This document shows, one piece after another, positions 18,036 to 27,026 of a DNA stretch of 64,000 bases. The stretch is from NCBI GenBank assembly GCA_014728035.1, contig WJMJ01000101.1, positions 32,001-96,000 on the forward strand, read 5' to 3'. This DNA comes from Promethearchaeota archaeon (GTDB taxonomy: Archaea > Asgardarchaeota > Thorarchaeia > Thorarchaeales > Thorarchaeaceae). The translations under genes were made by a program, and so were the position numbers. The notes under the pieces were generated by a model. The model searched no databases and was not told where the DNA came from. It was given only the letters and a program-made list of their open reading frames with translations. The stretch's first letter is position 1. Every line of letters begins with the position of its first letter.

Positions 18036-20984
18036 ATGGAGGATTTTTATATGTCTATAGCTGGTATAAGTGTGTTATGTGTTGGAAGATCGTGGGATAT
18101 GCCATTCGGTATTGTGGTATGTGACGACAATGAAGATAATGTACTCTATAATATTGCTAGACATAACCCAGATGTAATCGTACTAACTGAACCAAGACCA
18201 TCATATATATTAGACTTTAGTTTTGAAATCCAGAAAAAATGTGTTATAGTGCCTAAGGATATATCTGCTGATCATGTGATATCTAATATTGAGCGCTGTT
18301 ATGTGACAAATATTTATAGCGATATGCATGAAGTTCCACTTGTAAGTGTATATACCCCAGCATATGACGCTGGGAATATGATATTGGAAACATATCAATC
18401 TCTGAAAAATCAGACATATCCACATTGGGAATGGTCGGTAGTAGATGATGGTAGCACTGATGGTACGTGGTCTACCTTGTTGGCTATTGCAAACAAGGAT
18501 AATAGAGTTCATCCTGTAAAAATCAAACATAGCGGTTATATTGGATATACCAAAAACATTGCAACTCGGTTGTCTAATGGTGATTTCTTGGTCGAATTAG
18601 ACCATGATGACATGTTAACAAACAATGCATTAGAAGAGATTGTACGCGCATTTATGGATCATCCAGAAGTTGGGATGGTATATAGTAACTGCGCACAAGT
18701 ATATTCAGATGGTAGATGCCACCAGTTTAGCGGTCCAGATTGGGAGGGTAGATATCGTGAGACTGAATATGGTGGTAAGGTATATTTGGAATGTATCAAT
18801 CCTGATATTTATGATAGATTTGGTCCTCATCATACACAGCAATTTGGTTGGTTTCTGACTATGGGTCCCAATCATGTGCGTGCTTATAGATCAAGTACGC
18901 TGTGGGAACTTGGTGGTTACAATAGTAAATTGCCAGTGGCTGATGATTGGGATTTGTTTGCTAGATTCTTTTTGAGATCACAATGTTATCATATTGATAA
19001 GATGCTATATATTCAACGGATTAGAGACAATTACAAGAACACAACTCACGTGAGAAATAAAGCAATCCAGGATAATTTGAGTATATGTAGAGCGCATTAT
19101 GAGAAGGAATTTATAGAGTTTAATAGACAAAGAATATCAGAAAATCCTAGCCTATCAGTAGTTATTTTAGATTGGAACACGAAGAATGACACAATTAAAT
19201 GTATGCAATCAGTAAAAGAATCATATCCAGATGCACAGATAATACTGGTACAGAACGGCCAACATTTCGATAGTGAATATGCCGACATTGTTGTTCCATT
19301 GGAGATTAATGTTGGATATGCGGCTGGGTGTAATCGTGGTGCCATGGAATCCAACGCAGATTTCATATGTTTCCTTAATAGTGATACTATAGTATTTCCT
19401 GGTATGTTCGCATCATTAATGAGGATGGCATCGATTGATAATGTTGGTGCGGTTGGCCCTTATTGTGATCATGCCAAACCACCACAGGGCAATTTTGGAT
19501 TAGATGATATTTTACCAGATGATTTAGAAGTGGATTCTGTTGTTGGCGTATGTATGCTTATGAGGCGTTCTGTGTTTGAATCTGTTGGTGGATTTGATAC
19601 TAGATTCTGTAATTTCGAAGACGACGATCTATGCTTGAGACTTAGACGTATGGGTTTGCGCAATATGGTTGTTGGTAAGACCTGGATACATCATAAGGAA
19701 CACGCATCATTTGAAGCTAATAATGTGCAAATAACGCGCCCCATGGAACAATCTAGGGAAAAATTCTTTGCAAAATGGCCGCGTATCAAATTGGTGGCCA
19801 TTACTTACAATGAGATAAATTCATTACCGGGGTTTGTTGAACAGTTTAAGGGCATTGTAAATGATGGCATGGCTATCCTTGATTCTGGTTCAACTGATGG
19901 TACTGTTGAATGGGCTAAGGCACATGGTATAGATGTTATGTTCCATGATTTTGATCAATTCGATAGTCAGCGTAATCGTGCCATACGTGCGCTTGGTGGT
20001 GATGCCGAATGGATCATCATGATGGACCCAGATGAGAGACTTGATGATAATACTCTCACACATTTTTATCAATTGGTTCGTTCTACTAAATATGACATAT
20101 ATCTGTCACCGCTTGTTGATTCTAATGGTGTATGGTGGGTGCCGAAACCATTTTTATTTAGAAATAAACCAGATATTAAATGGATCAATGCAGTTCATGA
20201 AAAACTTATAGGCTCACATAAACAAGCCATGGTTAAGAATTCTACCATTATGCATTGCCTAGATTTGCATAGTAAAAGCAGAAGACAGCAAATGCAATAT
20301 AAATATGATTCGCTTGGTGGTGATGCACAACTTAGTGATGAATGGCCAATTCTTAATTATGAGCATAAAGATGATGATCGCATTGATAAAATCTGCATTG
20401 GGCCACAAGTTTCGATAATAGTACCCACATATAAACGCAAGCATTTGCTGGCCAGAGCATTAGAATCAATTTATAAACAAGATTATTTGTCATATGATAT
20501 TAAATTGGTTAGTGATGGTGATAATGATATTGAGGGAGGCTACATACTACCACAGAATCACGGTGCCGGTGGTGCTGTGCCTCGCAATTATGGTATTATG
20601 CTATCATCTGGTCAGTGGATTGCTTATCTGGATGATGATAACCAGTGGCAACCAAATCATCTTTCTACCGTGATGAATGAAATAATGAAGTCGGGAGCAT
20701 TATTCGGGTTTTCGTCTATGAGCGTTGGTGGCAAACCACACATTTGTGATGAGCCGGTAAGGGGTAAAATAGATACTTCATGTGTTATACATCATCGAAG
20801 CTTGATTAAGCACTTCGGTTGGTGGAAGGATAGAACTGAGGCAAATTATTGGCATGACTGGGAATTTGTGAGTAGATGGGTTGACGCTGGAATACCGTGG
20901 GTCGCCACAAAGATACCAACGGTGATTTACAATGCCGATACTTCAGGCCAAGCGGATTACATAAGACAAATGGTGGGAGAATAG
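18036..20984 (+). CDS. Multidomain glycosyltransferase with four GT2-like domains
   Basis: VSVYTP..DDGSTD..ELDHDD; SVVILDWN..FLNSD; ITYNE..DSGSTDGT..MDPDE; VSIIVPTY..YLDDDN. Confidence 0.9.
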   Translation: MEDFYMSIAGISVLCVGRSWDMPFGIVVCDDNEDNVLYNIARHNPDVIVLTEPRPSYILDFSFEIQKKCVIVPKDISADHVISNIERCYVTNIYSDMHEVPLVSVYTPAYDAGNMILETYQSLKNQTYPHWEWSVVDDGSTDGTWSTLLAIANKDNRVHPVKIKHSGYIGYTKNIATRLSNGDFLVELDHDDMLTNNALEEIVRAFMDHPEVGMVYSNCAQVYSDGRCHQFSGPDWEGRYRETEYGGKVYLECINPDIYDRFGPHHTQQFGWFLTMGPNHVRAYRSSTLWELGGYNSKLPVADDWDLFARFFLRSQCYHIDKMLYIQRIRDNYKNTTHVRNKAIQDNLSICRAHYEKEFIEFNRQRISENPSLSVVILDWNTKNDTIKCMQSVKESYPDAQIILVQNGQHFDSEYADIVVPLEINVGYAAGCNRGAMESNADFICFLNSDTIVFPGMFASLMRMASIDNVGAVGPYCDHAKPPQGNFGLDDILPDDLEVDSVVGVCMLMRRSVFESVGGFDTRFCNFEDDDLCLRLRRMGLRNMVVGKTWIHHKEHASFEANNVQITRPMEQSREKFFAKWPRIKLVAITYNEINSLPGFVEQFKGIVNDGMAILDSGSTDGTVEWAKAHGIDVMFHDFDQFDSQRNRAIRALGGDAEWIIMMDPDERLDDNTLTHFYQLVRSTKYDIYLSPLVDSNGVWWVPKPFLFRNKPDIKWINAVHEKLIGSHKQAMVKNSTIMHCLDLHSKSRRQQMQYKYDSLGGDAQLSDEWPILNYEHKDDDRIDKICIGPQVSIIVPTYKRKHLLARALESIYKQDYLSYDIKLVSDGDNDIEGGYILPQNHGAGGAVPRNYGIMLSSGQWIAYLDDDNQWQPNHLSTVMNEIMKSGALFGFSSMSVGGKPHICDEPVRGKIDTSCVIHHRSLIKHFGWWKDRTEANYWHDWEFVSRWVDAGIPWVATKIPTVIYNADTSGQADYIRQMVGE

Positions 20985-20985
20985 A

Positions 20986-21186
20986 ATGAGCGATTTTGAT
21001 AGTATGCTATCCGAAGCGATAAATATAAGTCGTTGTACAACATGCCAACATTATGTCAACAAAAAATGCAAAGTCAGGGACAAAGTAATAGCTCGTCATG
21101 GCGCGGCACAGCTGCACGAATGGCTTTCTTTGCCACATGAGATAAATCGTTGTTCTCTTTACTTGTCCATTTCTGATATGCACTGA
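20986..21186 (+). CDS. Small Cys-rich hypothetical protein
   Basis: CTTC..C..C; GGGAG RBS. Confidence 0.55.
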   Translation: MSDFDSMLSEAINISRCTTCQHYVNKKCKVRDKVIARHGAAQLHEWLSLPHEINRCSLYLSISDMH

Positions 21187-21260
21187 GATACCATGACAGT
21201 ACCAGAATGCAACGGAGGGCACGGGTGAGCCTTCCGTGGTATCAGGAAAGGTATATCTGA

Positions 21261-21557
21261 ATGTCCACAAGACAGATACAATTCATTAGGAAGATATATA
21301 CCCTGGATAGTGATGAGGTAAATGAGGTCATCGCAGATACTCAAATAGATATAGGTGAATTCTTAATATATAAAATTGGTAAGAATAAGGTCAAAGAACT
21401 GAATATGGTTATTGGTGCCGATGTGGTGCGTAATATAAGCGACAAAGGCATGCTTGAGATGGATATTATATTTACCATAAATGCTTCGGATGATGTGGCT
21501 GGTTTATTGGAACGAGATATGCGTCTACCATATCTTAAATTATGTCATGCCAATTAA
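21261..21557 (+). CDS. Hypothetical protein
   Basis: 98-aa ORF. Confidence 0.6.
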   Translation: MSTRQIQFIRKIYTLDSDEVNEVIADTQIDIGEFLIYKIGKNKVKELNMVIGADVVRNISDKGMLEMDIIFTINASDDVAGLLERDMRLPYLKLCHAN

Positions 21558-21927
21558 TGGCAAGAAATTCTTAAAGTTAAATAAAAGAGAATCATTGATT
21601 GTAACAGATCATGCTCTCGGGCGTATCTCTAAGCAGATAGGTAGATGCATTGGATATGAAAAAGCACTGGATATATTTAATGATGCTGTGCATATTAAAT
21701 ATGATGATTTAATCACAATGGGATATAGGCCGTCAGTCCATAAACACACTCAGAAAGGACATAAATCTTGGTACTTCATATCTATTATAGACGACAATGA
21801 AATGGTTATTGTAGTGACTAACTGTAATATTAGTGAATCACTGATTTGGGTCACTACATATTTCCCCAACAGACTAAGTAATAATTTGAAAATATTGGAC
21901 TTTGATGATTTACGGATGGGAAAATGA
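21547..21927 (+). CDS. Hypothetical protein with a small RNase/toxin-like pattern
   Basis: VTDHALGR...WVTTY; start placed at the ATG overlapping the upstream gene. Confidence 0.5.
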   Translation: MPINGKKFLKLNKRESLIVTDHALGRISKQIGRCIGYEKALDIFNDAVHIKYDDLITMGYRPSVHKHTQKGHKSWYFISIIDDNEMVIVVTNCNISESLIWVTTYFPNRLSNNLKILDFDDLRMGK

Positions 21928-22151
21928 AAAGAAAAATCAAACTGTGTTTATTGTGTGTGTTTATGATATTTACCATGACAGTGTGTAGTGGTTGTTTTTT
22001 GCTCATGGCTGCATTGATTCGTTGGGATAATAAGAGATATGCGGCTATGCAAAAGGAAAATAACAGTCATAAAATTGAGCAGGATGACAATCACATTAAT
22101 GGGGAGATTACTCCAGTTTGTAAATGGGAGGAGGACGATGATCTAGAATGA
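21924..22151 (+). CDS. Small membrane or lipoprotein-like protein
   Basis: Basic N-terminus, hydrophobic stretch, CSGC lipobox-like motif. Confidence 0.55.
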   Translation: MKRKIKLCLLCVFMIFTMTVCSGCFLLMAALIRWDNKRYAAMQKENNSHKIEQDDNHINGEITPVCKWEEDDDLE

Positions 22152-22287
22152 CGCACTTTGTAATTGTGTGGCACGATTGCATAAGCAAATCTAAAACACG
22201 TGATAATCAGACCCTAACAGAGACATTTCAAATATGATCAACAACTCGTATTTCACGTACCGGTTTGCTAAAGATAGGAGGCTGGAC

Positions 22288-22596
22288 ATGGGCGATCGTG
22301 TCATAATCTACGGAATGCCAAATTGTGGGAAATGTGAAGCAGCGAAAGATAAGCTCAAAAGATTTAACATACCATTTGAAGAGGCATCATACGAGAAATT
22401 TGTTACTGTGCATGATGGTTGGAGAAATGATGGTAGTATAAAGGTTATGGCGGCACGCAATTATTATGGTGAGACTCATGTGCCATTGATCAGACAGAAC
22501 GGTACGGTATTTGATTATCCAAGTTTCATGAAACATTTAAAGAATAACAGATTGACACCAGACAGGAGTAAGCATGCCACCGAGGTTCGTGTCTAA
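22288..22596 (+). CDS. Glutaredoxin/NrdH-like redoxin
   Basis: IIYGMPNCGKC..VP; GGAGG RBS; overlaps the nrdD start. Confidence 0.85.
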   Translation: MGDRVIIYGMPNCGKCEAAKDKLKRFNIPFEEASYEKFVTVHDGWRNDGSIKVMAARNYYGETHVPLIRQNGTVFDYPSFMKHLKNNRLTPDRSKHATEVRV

Positions 22597-25396
22597 GAGA
22601 GATGGTCGTAGCGTTTTATTTAATAAAAACAAAATAACTGAATCAATACTGGCCGCATCATCTGAGGTGAAACCATTCACACGTGATGATGTCATGCCCA
22701 TAGTTGATTCAGCTATTGAATTACTGCATCATGAAAAGATCGATGCAACGTCTATTTATAAGGTAGTTGTTGATACTATACAAGGAAATGGCCATCCGGA
22801 CGTTGCAGATGCGTATGTTGATTATCGGAAGACACGCACAAATATTAAGAGTATAACTAAAGTGCGTAAGCAGGTGTCCGGCCATAATGATGCTACAGAT
22901 ATCAATTTGCTGGTAAGTCCAGAAAGTAAAGCAGAATATCATGGCTGGGATAAATCAAGAATTGCAGATGCTCTTGTGCTGGAAGCTGGTGTAAACAGAA
23001 CAGAGGCAGAAGAGATAGCCGCAATAGTTGAGAGGCGCATATTTAAATCCGGCATAACGATGGTGTCAACGTCTCTCATCAGAGAACTGGTTGACAATGA
23101 ATTATTTGAAAGAGGATATCAGAACTCACTTCAGAAACAACGTGTTATTGGTATGCCACGGCATGACATAGAAGAACTGATATTTTCTAAGAGCAAAGAA
23201 AACTCAAACATAGCGACCAACAATCCAGAAGCTGTGGGGCATTCAATAGCAGAGACTGTTCTTAAACAGTATGCATTGCAGGAAGTGTTTTCAGAAGAAG
23301 TAGCAAATGCACATAGAATGGGCATTTTTCATCTGCATGACTTGGGATACCCACACAGATTATATTGTGGAAGCCATTCCGTTGAATATATTAAGAAGTA
23401 CGGGTTGAGATTACAAAATCTTGATTCATTTTCTGCACCAGCAAAGCATGCACGTAGTCTCACCACTCAACTCAATACATTTTTAGCTAGTATGCAGGCA
23501 TATTATGCCGGTGCTCTTGGTGTTGCGCATATCAACATAATGTACGCACCATTGGTAGACGGAATGTCTGACACAGAATTGAAGCAGGAAGCACAACATC
23601 TTATATTTCAAGCATCACAATCTGCCTATACGCGGGGTGGGCAGTCGGTCCATGGTGATGAATGTATTATCATATACGACACGATCGAAGATAGAACATA
23701 TTATCCTACTATTAGTGAATTTTATCTAAATTTTGTTAAGGATCGGTATCATACATTGTCTATGAATCGATCTAATGGTATGTTGGAATGGAAATCCATA
23801 TTGGGCGTGGTGCAGCATAATCTACGATCAGAGCTTATGAAAGTAACTATAGCAAACGGTTTGTCAGGGATATTTACTGAAGATCACAGTTTGTTTACTG
23901 TAGATGATGGCCAAATTGTTGAATGTATGACAAGCAAAGCCCATAATATTATGGTATATCATGTGGGTGATATGCCAGATTATGTTTCTCTATGCGATAA
24001 GATTAGTAATGATCCAATAGCAAAGCTGTGCGATGTGAGTATCGAGCCATTTAATGATGGAAGTAAATATGTATATGATTTATCAGTAGCTGATAATGAG
24101 AATTTCTTACTATTAAATGGTATTATAGCCCACAACACGTTGTTTAGTGATTTTAATATTCATACTGGAATACCTTCATATCTGAAGGATGTGGATGCTA
24201 TAGGTCCTGGTGGTGAATATAATGGCAAGAAATACGGTGATTATGCCGAGGCGGCTACCAGGTTCACTAGAGCCATGATGGAAGTGTGGTATGAAGGAGA
24301 TGGGGATGGTCATCCAATGGCTTTCCCGAAGAGTGACTTCCACATTAGTCATGATACATTTGAAGATCCTGAGCAAGTTAAATTACTTGATTTTGCTTGT
24401 GAGACGGCAGCAAAAAATGGATCTACATATTTCATATTCGACAGAGATGAGGTTACATTATCTGCATGTTGCAGGTTGAGAACAGCAGTGCGTGATCAGT
24501 ATATGATCAAGCACCCGGAAAGTCTGCGTTTTTGTGGATTTGGGAACATAACCATCAACTTGCCACAATGTGCATATCGTGCTGGTCGTGGTAATATAAA
24601 GAAATTTCACGAAGAACTTGAGAGTGCGATGCATTTAGCTGTTGATGCGCACTTGCAAAAACGCAAGTTTGTAAATAGATTAATGAGTGGGCCATCCATG
24701 CCATTGTGGCAAGTTGGCAAGATTGCTTTTGATGGTCGTAAATATGTTGATTTAGACACGTGCACATATATTATAGGCATTATTGGCTTGAATGAATGTC
24801 TTCATTTCTTGACAGGCAAGGAACTTCATGAAGACGAAGACATGCTTCGCCAAGGACTTGAAATCATAAGTTATATGTATTTTGTGGCCAAAGAATACGG
24901 TGACATGCACAATATGAAGTTTTCTCTTGAAGAAAGTCCTGCAGAATCAGCGTCAAGACGTTTGGCCAAAATAGACGTACAAAATTATGCCTGTGCCGCC
25001 GATTTTGTGCGTGGTGATGTTGATGCTGATGAAATGTACTACACAAATTCTATTCATCTTAGGCCCGATGCAGATGTTGATATCGTAACTCGTATTAAAT
25101 CACAATCTAGATTCCATGATCTCATAGAATCTGGCGCTATTATACACGCTTTCGTAGGAGAAAATCAACCATCTCCTGGTGCAATCAAGAGTCTGGTTAC
25201 AAAGACTTTCTATAACACACATGCAGCCCAAATAACAATATCGCCAGAATTTACTGTATGTAGTTGTTGTGGGTCCATTAGAGTTGGAATGACAGACATA
25301 TGTTATAAATGTGGATCCAGGAATATTGATGCTTCGAGAGAAGACCCAAATCGCGAATTTAATGGGTGGGATAGAAACATAATCTCTCAATTGTAG
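22574..25396 (+). CDS. nrdD: Anaerobic (class III) ribonucleotide reductase large subunit with tandem ATP-cones and a mini-intein
   Basis: VSKRDG cone, HLHDLG..YC, SACCRL finger loop, EESPAES, YYTNS, C-terminal CxxC..CxxC zinc site. Confidence 0.93.
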   Translation: MPPRFVSKRDGRSVLFNKNKITESILAASSEVKPFTRDDVMPIVDSAIELLHHEKIDATSIYKVVVDTIQGNGHPDVADAYVDYRKTRTNIKSITKVRKQVSGHNDATDINLLVSPESKAEYHGWDKSRIADALVLEAGVNRTEAEEIAAIVERRIFKSGITMVSTSLIRELVDNELFERGYQNSLQKQRVIGMPRHDIEELIFSKSKENSNIATNNPEAVGHSIAETVLKQYALQEVFSEEVANAHRMGIFHLHDLGYPHRLYCGSHSVEYIKKYGLRLQNLDSFSAPAKHARSLTTQLNTFLASMQAYYAGALGVAHINIMYAPLVDGMSDTELKQEAQHLIFQASQSAYTRGGQSVHGDECIIIYDTIEDRTYYPTISEFYLNFVKDRYHTLSMNRSNGMLEWKSILGVVQHNLRSELMKVTIANGLSGIFTEDHSLFTVDDGQIVECMTSKAHNIMVYHVGDMPDYVSLCDKISNDPIAKLCDVSIEPFNDGSKYVYDLSVADNENFLLLNGIIAHNTLFSDFNIHTGIPSYLKDVDAIGPGGEYNGKKYGDYAEAATRFTRAMMEVWYEGDGDGHPMAFPKSDFHISHDTFEDPEQVKLLDFACETAAKNGSTYFIFDRDEVTLSACCRLRTAVRDQYMIKHPESLRFCGFGNITINLPQCAYRAGRGNIKKFHEELESAMHLAVDAHLQKRKFVNRLMSGPSMPLWQVGKIAFDGRKYVDLDTCTYIIGIIGLNECLHFLTGKELHEDEDMLRQGLEIISYMYFVAKEYGDMHNMKFSLEESPAESASRRLAKIDVQNYACAADFVRGDVDADEMYYTNSIHLRPDADVDIVTRIKSQSRFHDLIESGAIIHAFVGENQPSPGAIKSLVTKTFYNTHAAQITISPEFTVCSCCGSIRVGMTDICYKCGSRNIDASREDPNREFNGWDRNIISQL
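23645..24136 (+). mobile_element. Mini-intein (164 aa, no endonuclease) in NrdD
   Basis: RGGQ|SVHGDE.., block B TEDHSLF, VYDLSV..NENF..IIAHN|T. Confidence 0.9.
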
Positions 25397-25462
25397 ATAT
25401 TTAGATTCCCCGCATCAAAAATAATATGTAGGCGTCAGCAATCTTACCGTTTTGATGGGGGT

Positions 25463-25600
25463 ATGCAAATGCCAAGTTGCTGCAGGGAAGCGAAAGTATT
25501 ACACGAAGCATATTATGATGGCCATTTGTTTAGATGGTTGAGATGTGATATTTGTGGTGGTTTGCGTCTAGAGAAAGTGGACCATCAACGGGTTGCATAA
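25463..25600 (+). CDS. Small zinc-ribbon protein (45 aa, below the ORF-track cutoff)
   Basis: MQMPSCC...LRCDICG; GGGGG RBS-like site. Confidence 0.55.
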   Translation: MQMPSCCREAKVLHEAYYDGHLFRWLRCDICGGLRLEKVDHQRVA

Positions 25601-25730
25601 TTACACCCTATGTACAATTGATGTCGGCAATATATAATATTAACTAACAATGTCAGGCCCTCATCCTCGGGCCTAAGCTCACCCACGATGGTGAGTAATC
25701 TCCGGATGGAGACCATACAACGGGTGTAAT
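25600..25730 (+). ncRNA. Putative structured RNA / leader abutting the first CRISPR repeat
   Basis: Closing stem ATTACACCC/GGGTGTAAT plus three internal GC-rich hairpins (25655-74, 25678-95, 25699-712). Confidence 0.55.
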
Positions 25731-26056
25731 GTGACGTCCACGTACGCATGGGAGGATGGAAAGGAGGGCCAGCCATGGCTTCGATCTACAAGTGACGTCC
25801 ACGTACGCATGGGAGGATGACACGCCTTAGTCTCTCAGAGTCACAGTGGCCGGTGATGCCCACGTACGCATGGGAGGATGGCTTGATGTGGTTGCTTCGG
25901 CACAAAAACATTGCGTGATGCCCACGTACGCATGGGAGGATGGACTATGTAGCCGCGTGCCGCTCTTTCCGAACGTGACGCCCATGTGGGAGGATGGCCG
26001 ACGGCGAACGGTGTAGATTCGGCGTGACGCCCACGTACGTATTGTACGCGTGGATG
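25731..26056 (+). CRISPR. Cas-less CRISPR mini-array, type I-E-like (6 repeats, 5 spacers)
   Basis: 29-nt repeat GTGAYGYCCACGTACGCATGGGAGGATGR at 25731, 25792, 25853, 25915; degenerate copies at 25975 and 26024; unique spacers of 32, 32, 33, 31 and 26 nt. Confidence 0.92.
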
Positions 26057-26074
26057 ATATAGGAGGTATATATT

Positions 26075-26353
26075 ATGGGATATTATATTCGTACATGGTT
26101 CGCTTGGGTGATATCGGCACACCATTTTTGCGATACTATTTCTTTGGCAGCAAGAAAATCCAAATTTGACAAAGGAATTGAATCATTGAGAATGATCTAT
26201 CAAACAATAGACAATCTTGGATGGCGATATTATCCAATGAAATTATATATATATCTGTATCATAATGATCAGATGGATCTTTTCTCATTATATAATGAGA
26301 TGTCAATATATAAGGATTCGGACAAAAATATTAAAACAAAATTGCCTACATAG
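26075..26353 (+). CDS. Hypothetical protein immediately downstream of the array
   Basis: AGGAGG RBS; 92 aa; no Cas motif recognised. Confidence 0.55.
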   Translation: MGYYIRTWFAWVISAHHFCDTISLAARKSKFDKGIESLRMIYQTIDNLGWRYYPMKLYIYLYHNDQMDLFSLYNEMSIYKDSDKNIKTKLPT

Positions 26354-26362
26354 GAGAATCAA

Positions 26363-27004
26363 ATGTCCGAGTCTAATGAAGTCATTGAAGAGCGCAAAGA
26401 TCTTACCGAGATTCCTGGCAATCCAGCATTTGATGGTCGTAGGAAATGGGATCTCATTATGTCAATGGAAGATCCAGAGGAGCTTGCAGAAACACTTCGC
26501 AATCTATTCACTGGTCCTGGTGCTGGTAAGTCTGCACAAAAACAGCTTGAAAACATTAGAGTGGTTATGGGTGATAGAGAACCACGTAGTGGTCAAGAAT
26601 CGTTTTATTTGAGTCAGGCACACAGATATGGTCCAGTAGTTGCTCTTCAGGACATATTTAAGAACTTTATTCTTGGGGCGATGGGTCTTGGTGGCGGGAT
26701 AATTCGTAGAGAAGACCTTGACAAAGAATATATGATGGTTGGCGAGGACACTGAGATAGAGATTGATGGTAAACGATTTTTATTGGAGAAGGGCGATAGG
26801 ATTGCCGTGACTTCTAAATCGGTGGTATCTGAAGAAGCCATGCGTTTGTATTTGGTGTCTGGTGGTGATTATGGTATGTTTGAACAACCAGTTGTTGTAT
26901 GCAATGAAGACGATCTGGATGATGCTATTGAGATGATGAGAACAAAAGTTGATTCGGTCACTGTGAATCCAATTGGCAATCCAGTATCAACGCGTGGTTA
27001 TTAA
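26363..27004 (+). CDS. Hypothetical protein
   Basis: AGGAG RBS; contains IDGKRFLLEKGDRI. Confidence 0.75.
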   Translation: MSESNEVIEERKDLTEIPGNPAFDGRRKWDLIMSMEDPEELAETLRNLFTGPGAGKSAQKQLENIRVVMGDREPRSGQESFYLSQAHRYGPVVALQDIFKNFILGAMGLGGGIIRREDLDKEYMMVGEDTEIEIDGKRFLLEKGDRIAVTSKSVVSEEAMRLYLVSGGDYGMFEQPVVVCNEDDLDDAIEMMRTKVDSVTVNPIGNPVSTRGY

Positions 27005-27026
27005 ACACACAAATACGGAGAATAAG

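Noticed and set aside
25585-26125. Minus-strand ORFs 25585-25776 and 25841-26125
   Set aside because: They are translations of the CRISPR repeats (recurrent HPPMRTW)
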